From: Setoptus koraiensis
Lineage: Eukaryota; Animalia; Arthropoda
Length of the DNA: 64,000 bases
NCBI GenBank assembly: GCA_048013815.1
Contig: CM106586.1
Location: forward strand, 19,530,001-19,594,000
Direction: 5' to 3'
Positions 36,656-48,000 of the stretch are shown in pieces. Position 1 is the first letter of the stretch. Every line of letters starts with the position of its first letter. The notes under the pieces were generated by a model. It did no database searches, was not told the DNA's origin, and worked only from the letters and a program-made list of their open reading frames with translations. Made by a program: the position numbers and the translations under genes.

Positions 36656-36821
36656 TACGCGTTACGTGTTAAACCGAATTGAATTTGCCGCCGACCACTT
36701 CTCGTGTGATACGTTGGTCGTTGTTTCACGAGAGAGCCGTTGTAAACAATAGTTTCAACGGTTCGCGACAAAGTCATTTTCTTTTACCTATAGCCGAATT
36801 AAACACTAATTATTACCAATT

Positions 36822-37691
36822 ATGGCCAACCAGCTATTTTCGCCGTTTATCTCTCGTGCGAGGCCATCCAGGCGACAATCGAGACTGCCCGCCGACCTTA
36901 TTGATTGGGACGCGCCAGAAATACCAGAAGTTGAGCGACAAAAAATTGTTTATGAAGATATTATAGAGGAATTGAAAGAAGACAATCTGATTGATCAGTT
37001 GATTAGAGAACAAATAATATTGTTAGTTCATAATGTTCACTTGGAGGTTCAACAAGATAGACAGAAACAACAACAACAACTTCTACTCAGTCAACATGCC
37101 AAACTACTTAGAGATAACCAAGCGCTATGCGAAGAATCAGAGAAAAAAGACCAAGTGATCGAGGAAATGACCATGGCGCTAGAGAAAAAAAATAAAGCGC
37201 AAGATGAAAGAATCAAAGCGCAAGATGAAAGAACAAAAGCGCTGGAAGACAAAATCGAAGCGCTAGAGAAAAAAAACGGAGCGCTAGAGGAGAAAAATGG
37301 AGCGTTAGAGGAGAGAAACGGGGCGCTAGAGGAGAGAAACGGGGCGCTAGAGGAGAGAAACGGAGCGCTAGAGGAGAGATACGGAGCGCTAGAGCAGAGA
37401 TACGGAGCGCTAGAGGAGAGATACGGAGTGCTAGAGCAGAAAATTGGAGCGCTAGAGGAGAAAAATGGAACGCTAGAGGAAACAAACGAAGTATCAGAGG
37501 AGAAAAACAAAGCGCTGACTGAGGAAAACAAGAAGTTGAAAAAGCAAACTTTCATTTTTCGAAAGAATTTAAGAGCCTACGAGGACCTTATCAACTCCTC
37601 TATAGAATCTATTGGCTTGTTAGGTGAAGGCGACGATCTCGCTACCTACATAACGGAATTCAAACAGAAATTGGAACAGTTTGATCCTTAA
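36822..37691 (+). CDS. Orphan intronless coiled-coil protein with heptad tandem repeats (289 aa)
   Basis: Open 870-nt ORF, purine-rich, with about 11 repeats of ALEE(R/K)(N/Y)G; no family recognised. Confidence 0.65.
   Translation: MANQLFSPFISRARPSRRQSRLPADLIDWDAPEIPEVERQKIVYEDIIEELKEDNLIDQLIREQIILLVHNVHLEVQQDRQKQQQQLLLSQHAKLLRDNQALCEESEKKDQVIEEMTMALEKKNKAQDERIKAQDERTKALEDKIEALEKKNGALEEKNGALEERNGALEERNGALEERNGALEERYGALEQRYGALEERYGVLEQKIGALEEKNGTLEETNEVSEEKNKALTEENKKLKKQTFIFRKNLRAYEDLINSSIESIGLLGEGDDLATYITEFKQKLEQFDP
37260..37490 (+). repeat. 21-bp coding tandem repeat, about 11 units
   Basis: Consensus GCGCTAGAGGAGAGAAACGGA. Confidence 0.9.
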
Positions 37692-37779
37692 TAAACGACA
37701 CAGGCACCTACCCACCTACTACTTCCGCTGTTTGTCGCTTACTTTTCTCTCTCACTTAAATCGCACAGCATGCCGAAGG

Positions 37780-38468
37780 CAATAGTTCACCACTTAGAGA
37801 GGACATCCGTAATGAGTTTGGCATCTGTAGATTTGGTAGCACGACATGTCCGAGAGTGCATAGATCACATATCTCGCATCACGGGCAGTATAACGAACGA
37901 ACAAGTATTGGACATTATATTCAGAGACTTTTGTATTGGTAAATAAGTAACTGAGATAACTGGAGATAGTCAGCGAATCTTCGTAGACTGTTTTAATTCT
38001 GTTTAATATCGAATAGATCTTTCAATCCTAATTGATAGAATTCATTTCTGTTTGAATATTGTTTAATACATTTGCTTCTCTGGCTTACAGGCACATTAAA
38101 TGTGTGTGTTCGAATTGATTCCAGAGCGAATGAGTGAAGTATCACTGGGCTGTCAGATACTTGTCAATAATCTCCCTCAATTTGGGTTCGCTCGCCCCGG
38201 TCAACAGGTCGATCTGCTTCCCTTTTCTGAATAGAATAAATGTCGGCATGACGTTAATGGAATAATCTGCGGCCAATTGCTGTGGTAGGAGAAAAACAAA
38301 GACATTTTAATTGATGAATCAATTATGGTGAACCAATTGTGGTTATTCAATTATGATGAATCAATTGTGATTATTCAATCGAGGGAGTGAATATCGAGAG
38401 TAGCATACCTCGGCTTCATCGACGTCAACTTTAAGTACAACTAGCTTATCAGCTAGTTCGGTGCTAAT
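37780..38468. repeat. Near-identical inverted duplication of about 34151-34838 (GTPBP3 3' end, Trx 3'UTR, exon 3, intron 2 and part of exon 2)
   Basis: Direct reverse-complement match by eye along about 690 bp with only scattered substitutions. Confidence 0.9.
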
Positions 38469-38560
38469 ACATCACACCATGTCGCTAAAAAGTCGGCAAA
38501 AGTTGTTCGCATTGAGGAGAAGAACGCTGTGGTAATGTGATGACAATTGGCCTCTAGTTA
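38142..38560 (-). pseudogene. Thioredoxin pseudogene with a broken active site
   Basis: Exon 3 is intact. Exon 2 reads ...ADFLATWCD followed by a deletion removing [12 protein letters not shown]. The intron-1 acceptor is mutated and no exon 1 was found. Confidence 0.75.
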
Positions 38561-38602
38561 ATAATTAAAAATTAAGTCTATGATGAACATAGAAAACCTT
38601 TC

Positions 38603-38997
38603 CAGCCTGAAACGGTGAAACTGGAAACTTGTTTTCTCTACTGTTGGATCAACTAGATTCTGGAGAGGATGAGCTAATTGGAGAAGTTCAAGTTGTCAAC
38701 AAATGCCTTGTTGATCTTAAAGACATCAAAGAACTCATTAATAAATATGTCCGGTATAGCTCCAGACGTAGCGAATTGATAAGGAATGGCGTCAGACTTG
38801 CAATACTAGGACCGCCAAATGCCGGCAAAAGCACTTTTATGAATATTCTTTGTCAACAAGATTTATCTATAGTGTCTGATACAAGTGGAACAACAAGGGA
38901 TGTTATCGAGCATTCGATTCAGCTTGGTGGTTTTGCAGTCAAAATATGTGATACTGCTGGACTTAGAAAGTTTAGTCCGTGTACAGAACAGATTTAG
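38603..38997 (+). pseudogene. GTPBP3 internal fragment (G1-G3 region), inverted copy of about 35355-35760
   Basis: ORF 38629-38997 matches GTPBP3 residues GEDELIGEVQ...DTAGLRKFS and lacks the N- and C-terminal domains. Confidence 0.85.
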
Positions 38998-39225
38998 CCT
39001 TAGGATTAAGCATTGCTGGCAGTAAAGGGTCGCCCCTATTAAAGGATGACGATGGAGGTACTTTTGTCTTGAAAGTTACGCCAAGCTGGCGGTGTTAAAG
39101 TGAAGGATAAAATCTTGGCTGTTAATGTTTAAGAACTTTGTGAGGGCATAGATCACGCGACTGCAGTAGAGTTTTCAAAAATGTTAGATCAAATTGTAAA
39201 AAGTTCACACTGAAAGTCTATTGAG
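38985..39225 (+). pseudogene. Decayed PDZ-domain fragment, resembling Scribble PDZ1
   Basis: LALGLSIAGSKGSPLLKDDDGGTFVLKVTP, then a frameshift to AGGVKVKDKILAVNV*ELCEGIDHATAVEF. Compare Scribble PDZ1 from memory: GLGxSIAGGKGSTPxKGDDxGIFISRV...GxxVGDK...VNG...DH..AV. Confidence 0.65.
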
Positions 39226-39833
39226 ACAACGCAGATTGGAACCGAGATGCAAGGTGATATATATATATAATTGTCTATCGGCTTATATACAGTCGATAGA
39301 CAATTCAACCAATAGTACAACTATTAAAAAACGTTATTTATCGGAAGATACAAATTTATCGGAAGATCGAGGAGGAGGCGTATCTGTGAGGCCTGCATCT
39401 CCGACACACATGTGTCATGTGTCGTAGATTATCCCCCCCCCCACACACACTGGAAAAACAGCTCAGTGTGTAAAGGACAGATGCCCACCCATCGATTATC
39501 ATCGATCCAGATTGATATACATTATAGATTGATGCATAGGGCCCTCAATCCGTTGATGTTTTTCCTTGCGAAACGTTCCGATGTCGAGCGCTGGCAGTTT
39601 GAAGCGCATTTTTCTTTGTATTTCGCGCCACAGCTGCAGGGCCGAATCGTTAGCGTACTAGTATATGAGTGCAAGTAATGTTTTCGGACTTGACCACGGA
39701 TATTTACACCACAACAGGGCACCTCTGATTATCAGCCATCGGTCGTCAGCCATCGGTCATCAGCCATCGATTATCAAGTATCGAGAGAGCGGGTTATATA
39801 TAGTATAAACCAGCAGCAACTATTATTATTATC

Positions 39834-40139
39834 ATGGACTTGGGCGGAGAGGACAACGTGATAAAATCGCCACCAGGATCCTACTCGAAGAGAGTTCCCC
39901 CATTGAACGCAAATGACGCCACTGTGGTGGGACCACCGCTCATACCTCCCTACTTAATGCAGGTTATATTGAACAATAACAAGACAAACAACAACAATTT
40001 AACCATATTGCCCCAGCCAAATCATGTGATGCTGAACCATTTGTATTGTCTATCCATAAAGGACGGAATGATGGTTGTTAGCGCCACGCACAGGTTCAGA
40101 CGAAAATACGTTACAACCTTGTTATATAAGCCAATTTGA
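39834..40139 (+). CDS. PRKAB: AMP-activated protein kinase beta subunit, C-terminal (ASC/AMPKBI) domain only, 101 aa
   Basis: SPPGSY...PPLIPPYLMQVILN...LPQPNHVMLNHLYCLSIKDGMMVVSATHRFRRKYVTTLLYKPI* is the hallmark AMPK-beta C-terminus. An in-frame stop lies at 39801 upstream of the ATG. Confidence 0.85.
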   Translation: MDLGGEDNVIKSPPGSYSKRVPPLNANDATVVGPPLIPPYLMQVILNNNKTNNNNLTILPQPNHVMLNHLYCLSIKDGMMVVSATHRFRRKYVTTLLYKPI

Positions 40140-41207
40140 TTATAATTATTATTATTGTTGTCATACATAAAGCTAATAATATCAACAAGACAGGACCAGA
40201 CCAGACAAGACAAGACAGGACACGGCAGTGCCAGTGCCAGTTACTTAGCTGGCCATCAGTGGCACGCGCGCGCCCTTGTGACGTTTATATCCAAATTTAT
40301 TACCCTAATGTTGTCCCACTTGATTATCTCTCCATCTCGTGCTACTGGCTTCTTTGTGGCCACTACTTGTGCGCCGCAACTCGTTGACACTGCCAATTGT
40401 GCCAATGCGGCCGCCAAGACGCTTGCCTGTGGCCGCCACTGGGCAGCGCCCATCGAGTCGCTTGCCAGAGTTGATTATCGGGCCAGAAGTGAGTGAGGCA
40501 CGGACGCATCTACGTCGATATAACCCATCGAGACTTGTAGTGGCGCTGGCGCTTGTGTCACGGAGCCCCCGTCGCCCTTTCTCTCGGTCCTCTCTCTCTC
40601 TCGGCCCTCTCTCTCTCTCGGCCCGCTCTCTCGGCCCTCTCTCTGGGCCATTTCTGGCCGCCCGGCTAGCTGACCGAAAGGGCCGACCAACGGCACCATG
40701 CAGCCAAAGATCGAGAGATCGAGAGCTGGTCTAGGCAGCGGCCTCTCGCGCTGATTAAATGACTATTTATCTTGCGCTCACATAATGCACGGCATGCGAC
40801 GCATGCGCCATCTACTTTTATTCTGGCCACCTAGGGGATTTGTTTGGCTTGACAGAATCATCTTGGCTCGCAAGCGTGCTCGTTGGCTCGATACGATCGC
40901 CAGCCAGCCAGCCAGCCAGCGTTCCGACAGCCAGCGTTCCGACAGCCAGCGTTCCGACAGCCAGCCTTTCCGACAGCCAGTCTTTGCTCTCTGTTTCTCT
41001 GTTGTTATTCTTCTTTAAAACTCCATATCGTAAGTGCTGCCCCGACTGACAACCACTAAATACCGCTCCACTATATACTGGCGGCCACTTTTGCCAGCCC
41101 AACTTGAGGGCCACCGAGCGACCACTCACTCGAAGCGGCCACTGTGAGCAGCAGCAGCGGCGAACACTATCTGCGCTCGCCATCGAACAACAACACCGCT
41201 ATCAGGT

Positions 41208-41239
<32 letters not shown>

Positions 41240-41952
41240 AAGCCAAGCCAACAAATTATCCAGTCACGGTGATCTGTTATCATTATGAGAGAAGTTGTAG
41301 TTGCGACGGCGCCCAACTTGCATGCTTGCACAAACACGAGCATCGTCGCCACCATTTTACACTATTGACTTGATACCGTTGAGTGTTGTTGTTGTTGCTG
41401 TTGTTGCAACCATTGTAGAAAAATTAAATTCTCCAGCTCGCGCTCATTATTGGCCCGTGTGCCCCGTTAGCCAATTGAGAGAGGAACAGTTCAAAAGTTT
41501 ATAAGTTCACTACTGTTAGCAAGAACATAACGTAACACAACAGAGCATAACACAACAGAACCGAACAGAACAGAACAGAACAGAACGGATTAGTAATAAT
41601 CAAACGGTCGAGCGCCGCAAACTCTCAAGCAGCCGCACCGAATCAGCAGGCCGAATCAGCAAGCCGAGCCGAAGAATAAGAGAAAGAGGATTAAAAAAGA
41701 TAAGCCCAAGAGGCGCTGGCCAGCAGCAGCGGTGCGACAAAGGAGCCAAAGGTGAGTTATCAGCGTGTCGCAGCGTTATGTAACCAGTGATTTTGTGTCC
41801 GTTGGCCCCGGTTCGGCCAATGGACACAAATGGGCCGTTAGTGCGAGTGTGGCGCGACCTGCGCGAGGCCACCGTTGAAAATGTTTCAAACGACAATTCA
41901 AAGTGAGCGAGTAATAATAATGTGCGTTTGCGGCACAACGGCAAGCCGGCGA

Positions 41953-42021
41953 GACGGCAAGACGGCGAAACGGCAAGACGGCGAAACGGCAAGACGGCGA
42001 AACGGCAAGACGGCGAAACGG
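41953..42021. repeat. 16-bp minisatellite, about 4 copies
   Basis: (ACGGCAAGACGGCGAA)n. Confidence 0.8.
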
Positions 42022-45000
42022 CTAGAGGGCGCCAATAAGGGTAACAAATGGCCGGCGCATGCGATGATCAATTGGGCGCGCCGGCCCGATGAAGATGGAG
42101 CGCCAGATTTATGGGCAATCAATAATGCCTGACACATGTCGCCCTCGATCTATGCATGCGCTTATTTGTGCGGGTGCGGGCCGAAACAGCGCCAGCTCGG
42201 TCGGTTTATCGGCAACACCGGCAACAACAATTTTATCGGCGACACCGGCGACACCGGCGACACCGGCAATAACAAAGGCCACAAACAAACGAAACTCCGG
42301 CTAGCCTAATCTAGATTGTCAGCATCACTTTGGGCGACAATTGTGCGCGCCCTTGTTTTTCAAGATTGCAATTACACAACAGTAATAACTGTTCACCTGC
42401 TGCCGCCGCCCGGAAAAGAAGTGTCTGCCTAGCCACTCTCTCGAGGCAGCCGGAGCGCGGTGACAGGTGAGCCGGCCCGGCGAGAGGGCGACACAGCAAG
42501 AGCGAGCGAGAGGGAGTATATGAGTGTTCTCCCTTGCCTCTCCCCTGCCGACAGTGGCAGCAAAAAAGAGGAGGCAGCGCCAAACAAAGAGCTTGACATA
42601 TAAACTACTAATGGTGGTCTAATACAGCGGCCAGCAGCACGACGCAATCAGTCCTAATGTCTACTTGAATTAAAGCATGAGACATGTACTATGTGCGCGC
42701 CACTTGGGCCCCTTCGTTTTTTCTGGCGAGTTAACACTGCAGTGGGTGGCTCTAATTTCAAGCCTCGCCCATCCTCTATTCATACGAGTAATATAAGCAG
42801 CAGCTCGCTAGTGCGCCCCCCCCTCCCCCTACAACAGAGTCTTGGTCGTTTTGTGTCTATCTCTATCACTGTTACATTAGTAAACTATCTGAGCATTATG
42901 GGGCCAAGTGAAAAACTTAAGTAAGTAAAAATATCGCCCCCTCGCTCGATGGATTCTTCACTAGATTAGTTTCGCCCCCGCGCCACCCCTCAACTGGAGC
43001 TACTCTGCCCACTGTAGCCATCCAATCAGCTGGCCAGCTTTCTAATCTCTGACGAAGCGCCCTCTCTAGGCCACTCGACGGGCCGACGCCATGTAACCGA
43101 CGCTCGGTCGGCCCGTCGGCCCGCCGGCCCGTCTGTCTGTCTTCGATTAACATCCGCGCTCGATCTCATCACTAACGCCAGTGGTTGTTATTGTTGTTGC
43201 CATTATACTTTAGAGCCGCCAACAATAACAACGACGAGATGGGGCCCCAGAGATCGAGCGTCACAAGCGACGCCAGATGGAAAACGCTGGAGTTGGCCTT
43301 TTTCGCATGCACCAGCCAATCTTACCTCGCACCCCTTTTACACTCTCTCGCTCGCTCTCTCTATATATATCTGCTCTATATCTCGCCATACAAATCACTC
43401 GAACGGCATTTATTACTTGTTTCGTTGGCCGAGCCGCGGTAGCCGCCAGCGGAGCTTGTCGTGGCCACTATCTGCAGCCACCTCTGATAGCGGTGGGCCC
43501 ATCGCGAATACTACGAACTAGTTACGAGAGGCTGGCTGGCCGACCGGCCTTGCCGGATATTGCGATTAATTGATTTGGACAGGTTGGCGCTTTTTGGGTG
43601 CTGTCTACATGCGGAGCGCAAATCCGATTCGGGCCAACTGTGGTCTGACATTCGGTTTGCCGGCGCTGGTGGTTGCCGGCTAGCGAGATTTTAATTATGA
43701 ACATGTCAGCAGAGCATATTTTTCAGTTGCGACACAATGACAAAGATGGGACAAATGATAAAAAAGTTGCCCTTGTCGTATGTTTGCAGTCGTTTTTCAC
43801 CCCAAAATGTCGCCATGAGTCGCTATGCGTCGCTATGTGTCGCCATGAGTCGCCATGAGTCGCCATGAGTCGCTATGTGTGCGTTGCGAGCGCCGAAAAA
43901 GAAGTGTCGCCCAGAAACGATTGGCCGGGACAATGTTTATTCACATTCAATGATGCGAACGGACGCGATCCGGGGCCGCGCCGCGCGGATCCCTTTGCTT
44001 TCGCGGACCGCATCTGGTTCTCAAGACGCTTGTGAGCGGAATCTGTCAAAGTTGTCGCCATGCAAGTTGCCACTTGGCTGCTCTCCCAATGCCGGCTGCT
44101 GTGTCGCTTATGTAATCAATAAGTACTTAGTCAATCCTATTTGCCCAAATGGCCACTATGCGACACTGTGCGCTGTGTCGCTCTTTTGGTCGTGTCACTC
44201 GCTCACTGGTTTGCCGCGGCACTGCTGGCATTTGCTCACTGGCGCCGCCGGCTCGCGGTTGTCACATGCATGCCGGTTAGGCGATACAACGAGGCGAGAT
44301 TATAATAATCTTGTTTCCACTATCCATGTTTTGCGTGTTCTGGTCCCCAGACTCTGGGGCCCAAAGTGCAACAGTGGATAATTCTTCGCGTCGCGATGCG
44401 TTTCGGTTTGTTTTGTTGCTCTTGGGCGCCCCAATCCGATCCGATCCAGTTCAATCCGTTCCATTTTGCCCGGCTCCCCGGCGTTACGTAACGCAACCAT
44501 CTCATTTGTCAGTGCGCATTATTATAGAGCCGCCAGCTATGCAACCGGCGCGGCCTCGGCGCCGCTCGCAAGACAAACAAGCGGATTGTGTCTATCGAGA
44601 CGCACTCAACGGGGCATTAATGTTGACTCCGTTGGAGGCCGGCGCCGCCGCCCCACTCACTGCAGCGTCGTCGTGTCGTATTGTTAGCAAACAATGGCGC
44701 ACGAAAAAAGACTAAATCTCGTATTTCGGGCACCGGTAGTTGCGCCGCGACGTCTGGCGTTCAATTCACTTTTGACAAAAGTTACCCGGACGGCCCCCGT
44801 TCTCACAAAAGTTACCCGTTTGCCCGACATTCCGGGGTATTGTGCGACTGTTACTATCTGCGACCGACACCAGGGGAGCCCGGTATAGGAGACAGTGTGG
44901 CCGTTTCCGCTGTGCGCCGTCCGCTTTCATGGTCAGTACGCGCCGCGTATAACATGATACACAATAATACGGAGAAAATGTATATAATGGTCATCTCTCG

Positions 45001-48000
45001 TCGTAGACGGCGGACGCGAAAGTCAACAAGCAACAATAACACTGAGCCCGACAGCGCGGCCGACGACGCGGCCGAATTATTCCGGCTGAACAACAACAAC
45101 GCGGGCCCAATTGGCGGAAGTGAGCTCCGCCAGCCAGCCAGCCAGCTCAAACCCGGCATATTATCGGATATGATTGGATGATTGCAATTGCAAAATTTAA
45201 ACCATGCCCTATTTGCCGCTGTCCGTATTCGGGCGCATTCAGAGCGGCGCCGCACCGACCGTCGGGCTCGGTTTCCGTTGCCTGGCGGGCCTTTGTAAAC
45301 ACATTCGCGGATAATTAGATGATTAGAGCCATTTGGGCCACTTGTCGGGATCTTGTCGTGTCCCGCGTCGCGTTGCCCGCTCGTCGCAACTTTTCTCGCC
45401 GCTCAGCTCGCTGCGGGCCCGTCTTGTCCCGTCTTCGGGCGGCGCGCATAATTGCCCACGAGGTGTCACACCTGACAATGGCAAGGCCCCAACACGAAAC
45501 GGCCGGGCAGCAGTGGTGCGTCCGGCCGACGTGTTGCAGGCCACCGTCTAGGTATTGTCTGGATATTGTCTGGATATTGTCTGGATATTGTGTGGGTATT
45601 GTGTGGATATTGTGTGGGTATTGTCAATGTACTCGTGTTGTCTAGGCATTGTCTAGTTGTTGTCGTGGCATTGTGGCGCGAGTTGCGTTCGAGCAAAATA
45701 ATTGCTGATCTGTGGCAAATCGTGATGGTAAAAATCGGCTAGTTTGCTCGCTACATTTTGCAACGGTCAGCAGGGGGCGCACCGCTGACCAGTGCCGAGT
45801 CAGCAGTGCCGACAAATGTGTGAATTGAGCGCTGAGCGCGGATTGGCTGACGACGGCCTCAGTTATGTTATTGGCCCCGAGTCACAGCAGTGACACCTAT
45901 AGCAAACAACAACAAAAACATAATCACATGTCATGTCGCGTATCGTATATCGGCGTTTATCGGCTCGCATCGGCCTGAATTGGCTCGAATGGGGGGGGGG
46001 GGCGCCAATCAGCGACCACCAGCCACTTGTTTACCTGGCGGCAGCACAATTATTGATTGCGTCAGCGTCACCTGAGACCAATGCGCTCGCGATAGTGATG
46101 TGACCGACTGAGCTAATCGGCGAGCTGGCTATCAGTTGTCAAAACAATTGTACAATCGATCTGATGATGGTCGGCGTTTCGTCGCATCGTTCCGGCCGCC
46201 AACAGCAACGGCGACAACGGCGACAACGGCGATAGCGAAATAGAGAGATAGCGTCCGCCGGATAGAGTGTTATTTTGGTCGACAGCGGGCGCCCGTCATC
46301 GAGCGTCATTATCCGATTGTCGCGAATGTGCTGACAATTGTGAGCAATCAGCACACGGCGCTGCGTCCAACAACGGACACAATACTGAATTAATTATGCG
46401 CCCCTCCGACTGTCTTTGGCCCCATTTGCCGGCGCGCATCCGCCGCGCCGGGCCACGTTGCGCCGCATGCGACTCTGCTGTCGACTCTGCTGGCCGACAC
46501 ACACGCCGGGTGAATTAAAATCTCCATTTAGAATTTGATGAGTTGATGTTGCAAAAGATGGTTCTGCCGGCCGCCAGACCCATTCGCCATGTAGCGCCGG
46601 CCGGCCCGACGTCGGGCCGGCCGCCTTGCCATAATGCGGGCCGTCGTGTATCACACATCCGTGTTGGCATAAACTGACACGTATTAACTGACAAGTTTTG
46701 CGCCGCTCACTCACAGCCGGAATAATGATTCATGTCGGAAGCGAGCTCTCTCCCAGGGCGCCTCCGCCGGCTCTGTCAGCCCTCGCCGGCTCTGTGGGCC
46801 TCGCCGGCTCTGTGGGCTCTCGTCGGCTCGTTCGGGCGCCGCTGGGCCGGCCAGGCCACGCTCGACCAATACCAATGACGCTGGGCGGTTGCAATCTCGT
46901 CTGGACGTTGATCCTTTTCTGGCGTGTGGTCGGGGCCCCGCGGCCGCCACACCAGCTCGCACACCCATGCAGCACATGATATGATGTGTATATAGACTGA
47001 GTGGGCGCCTTATCAATATTCATTGGGCCCGGCCGAGAGCGAAGACAGGGCGAGACAGAGGGACAGAGAGAGAGAGAGAGAGCGAGAAAAGTGCCTTTTG
47101 TCTCGAGCTCGGCGAGCCTTTTTAGCAAGCTCAATCACATTTACTGCTCGCCCGCTAACTATTCTGGCAGGCAAACTAAATATAAACTACAGCTGTTATT
47201 ATTATCATTATTATTATTATTATATCCTAATAAGCGGTGCTTGTACTGCCTGTGTGTGTGTCGTATTGATTCCTCTTTCGTCGATCTGCCGGCATCCCCG
47301 TGCCGGCACCATTTTGATTATATGCCCTCGTCGGCAATCTCGCATGCTAGCTGCTGGCGAAACAGCCAAGTATTGGCACCAGTCGCCTTTGTGTTGGCAT
47401 TCGTTGTGCCTATGGCAATTATTTTTTATTCTTTTTCCTTGTCTTATCTTCTTTCGGGGGCCCCTTCTTTCTCTGCGATGGCTGCACTGATGCCGATGTT
47501 GCTTTGTTTTGGTGCACGACAGCGCAAACAGCGCCAACAAACAATACAAACTATCATTTGCAGCCAACAGCAGCGCTTTTGTGTTAAACAACAACAGCAA
47601 CAACAACAACAACAACACACGCACTTAATGAATGAACCAAAGACGACAACTAACAGATCTTTGTTGTTGTCGTCATTATCATTATTATTATCATTCTCTT
47701 ACTCGCTATTTGCGCACTATTTATCCTTTATCCACACGCACACACCCGACCAATAATGAACTGTACTCATTGTTAGGCTATCGCCCAGCTCAACTGGCTT
47801 GTCATGACTGGTGAGTGGCGCCCGGCGCACAAACGCCCAACGTGGGCACACAAGCACTTCCGGTCGAAATATCTCATTAGTTTTATATTTGCTACATGAT
47901 ACTTGAGCGCGAGTGTGTTGAGCGGCGCTGTAACCACTATCTCGTAACGACGTTGCCGTTGTCGCGCCAACATTGCGCAAGATGGTCAAGAGCTACCACT

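Noticed and set aside
39480-39730. Non-LTR retrotransposon C-terminal relic on the minus strand (LQLWREIQRKMRFKLP)
   Set aside because: Similarity is too weak to support without a profile search.
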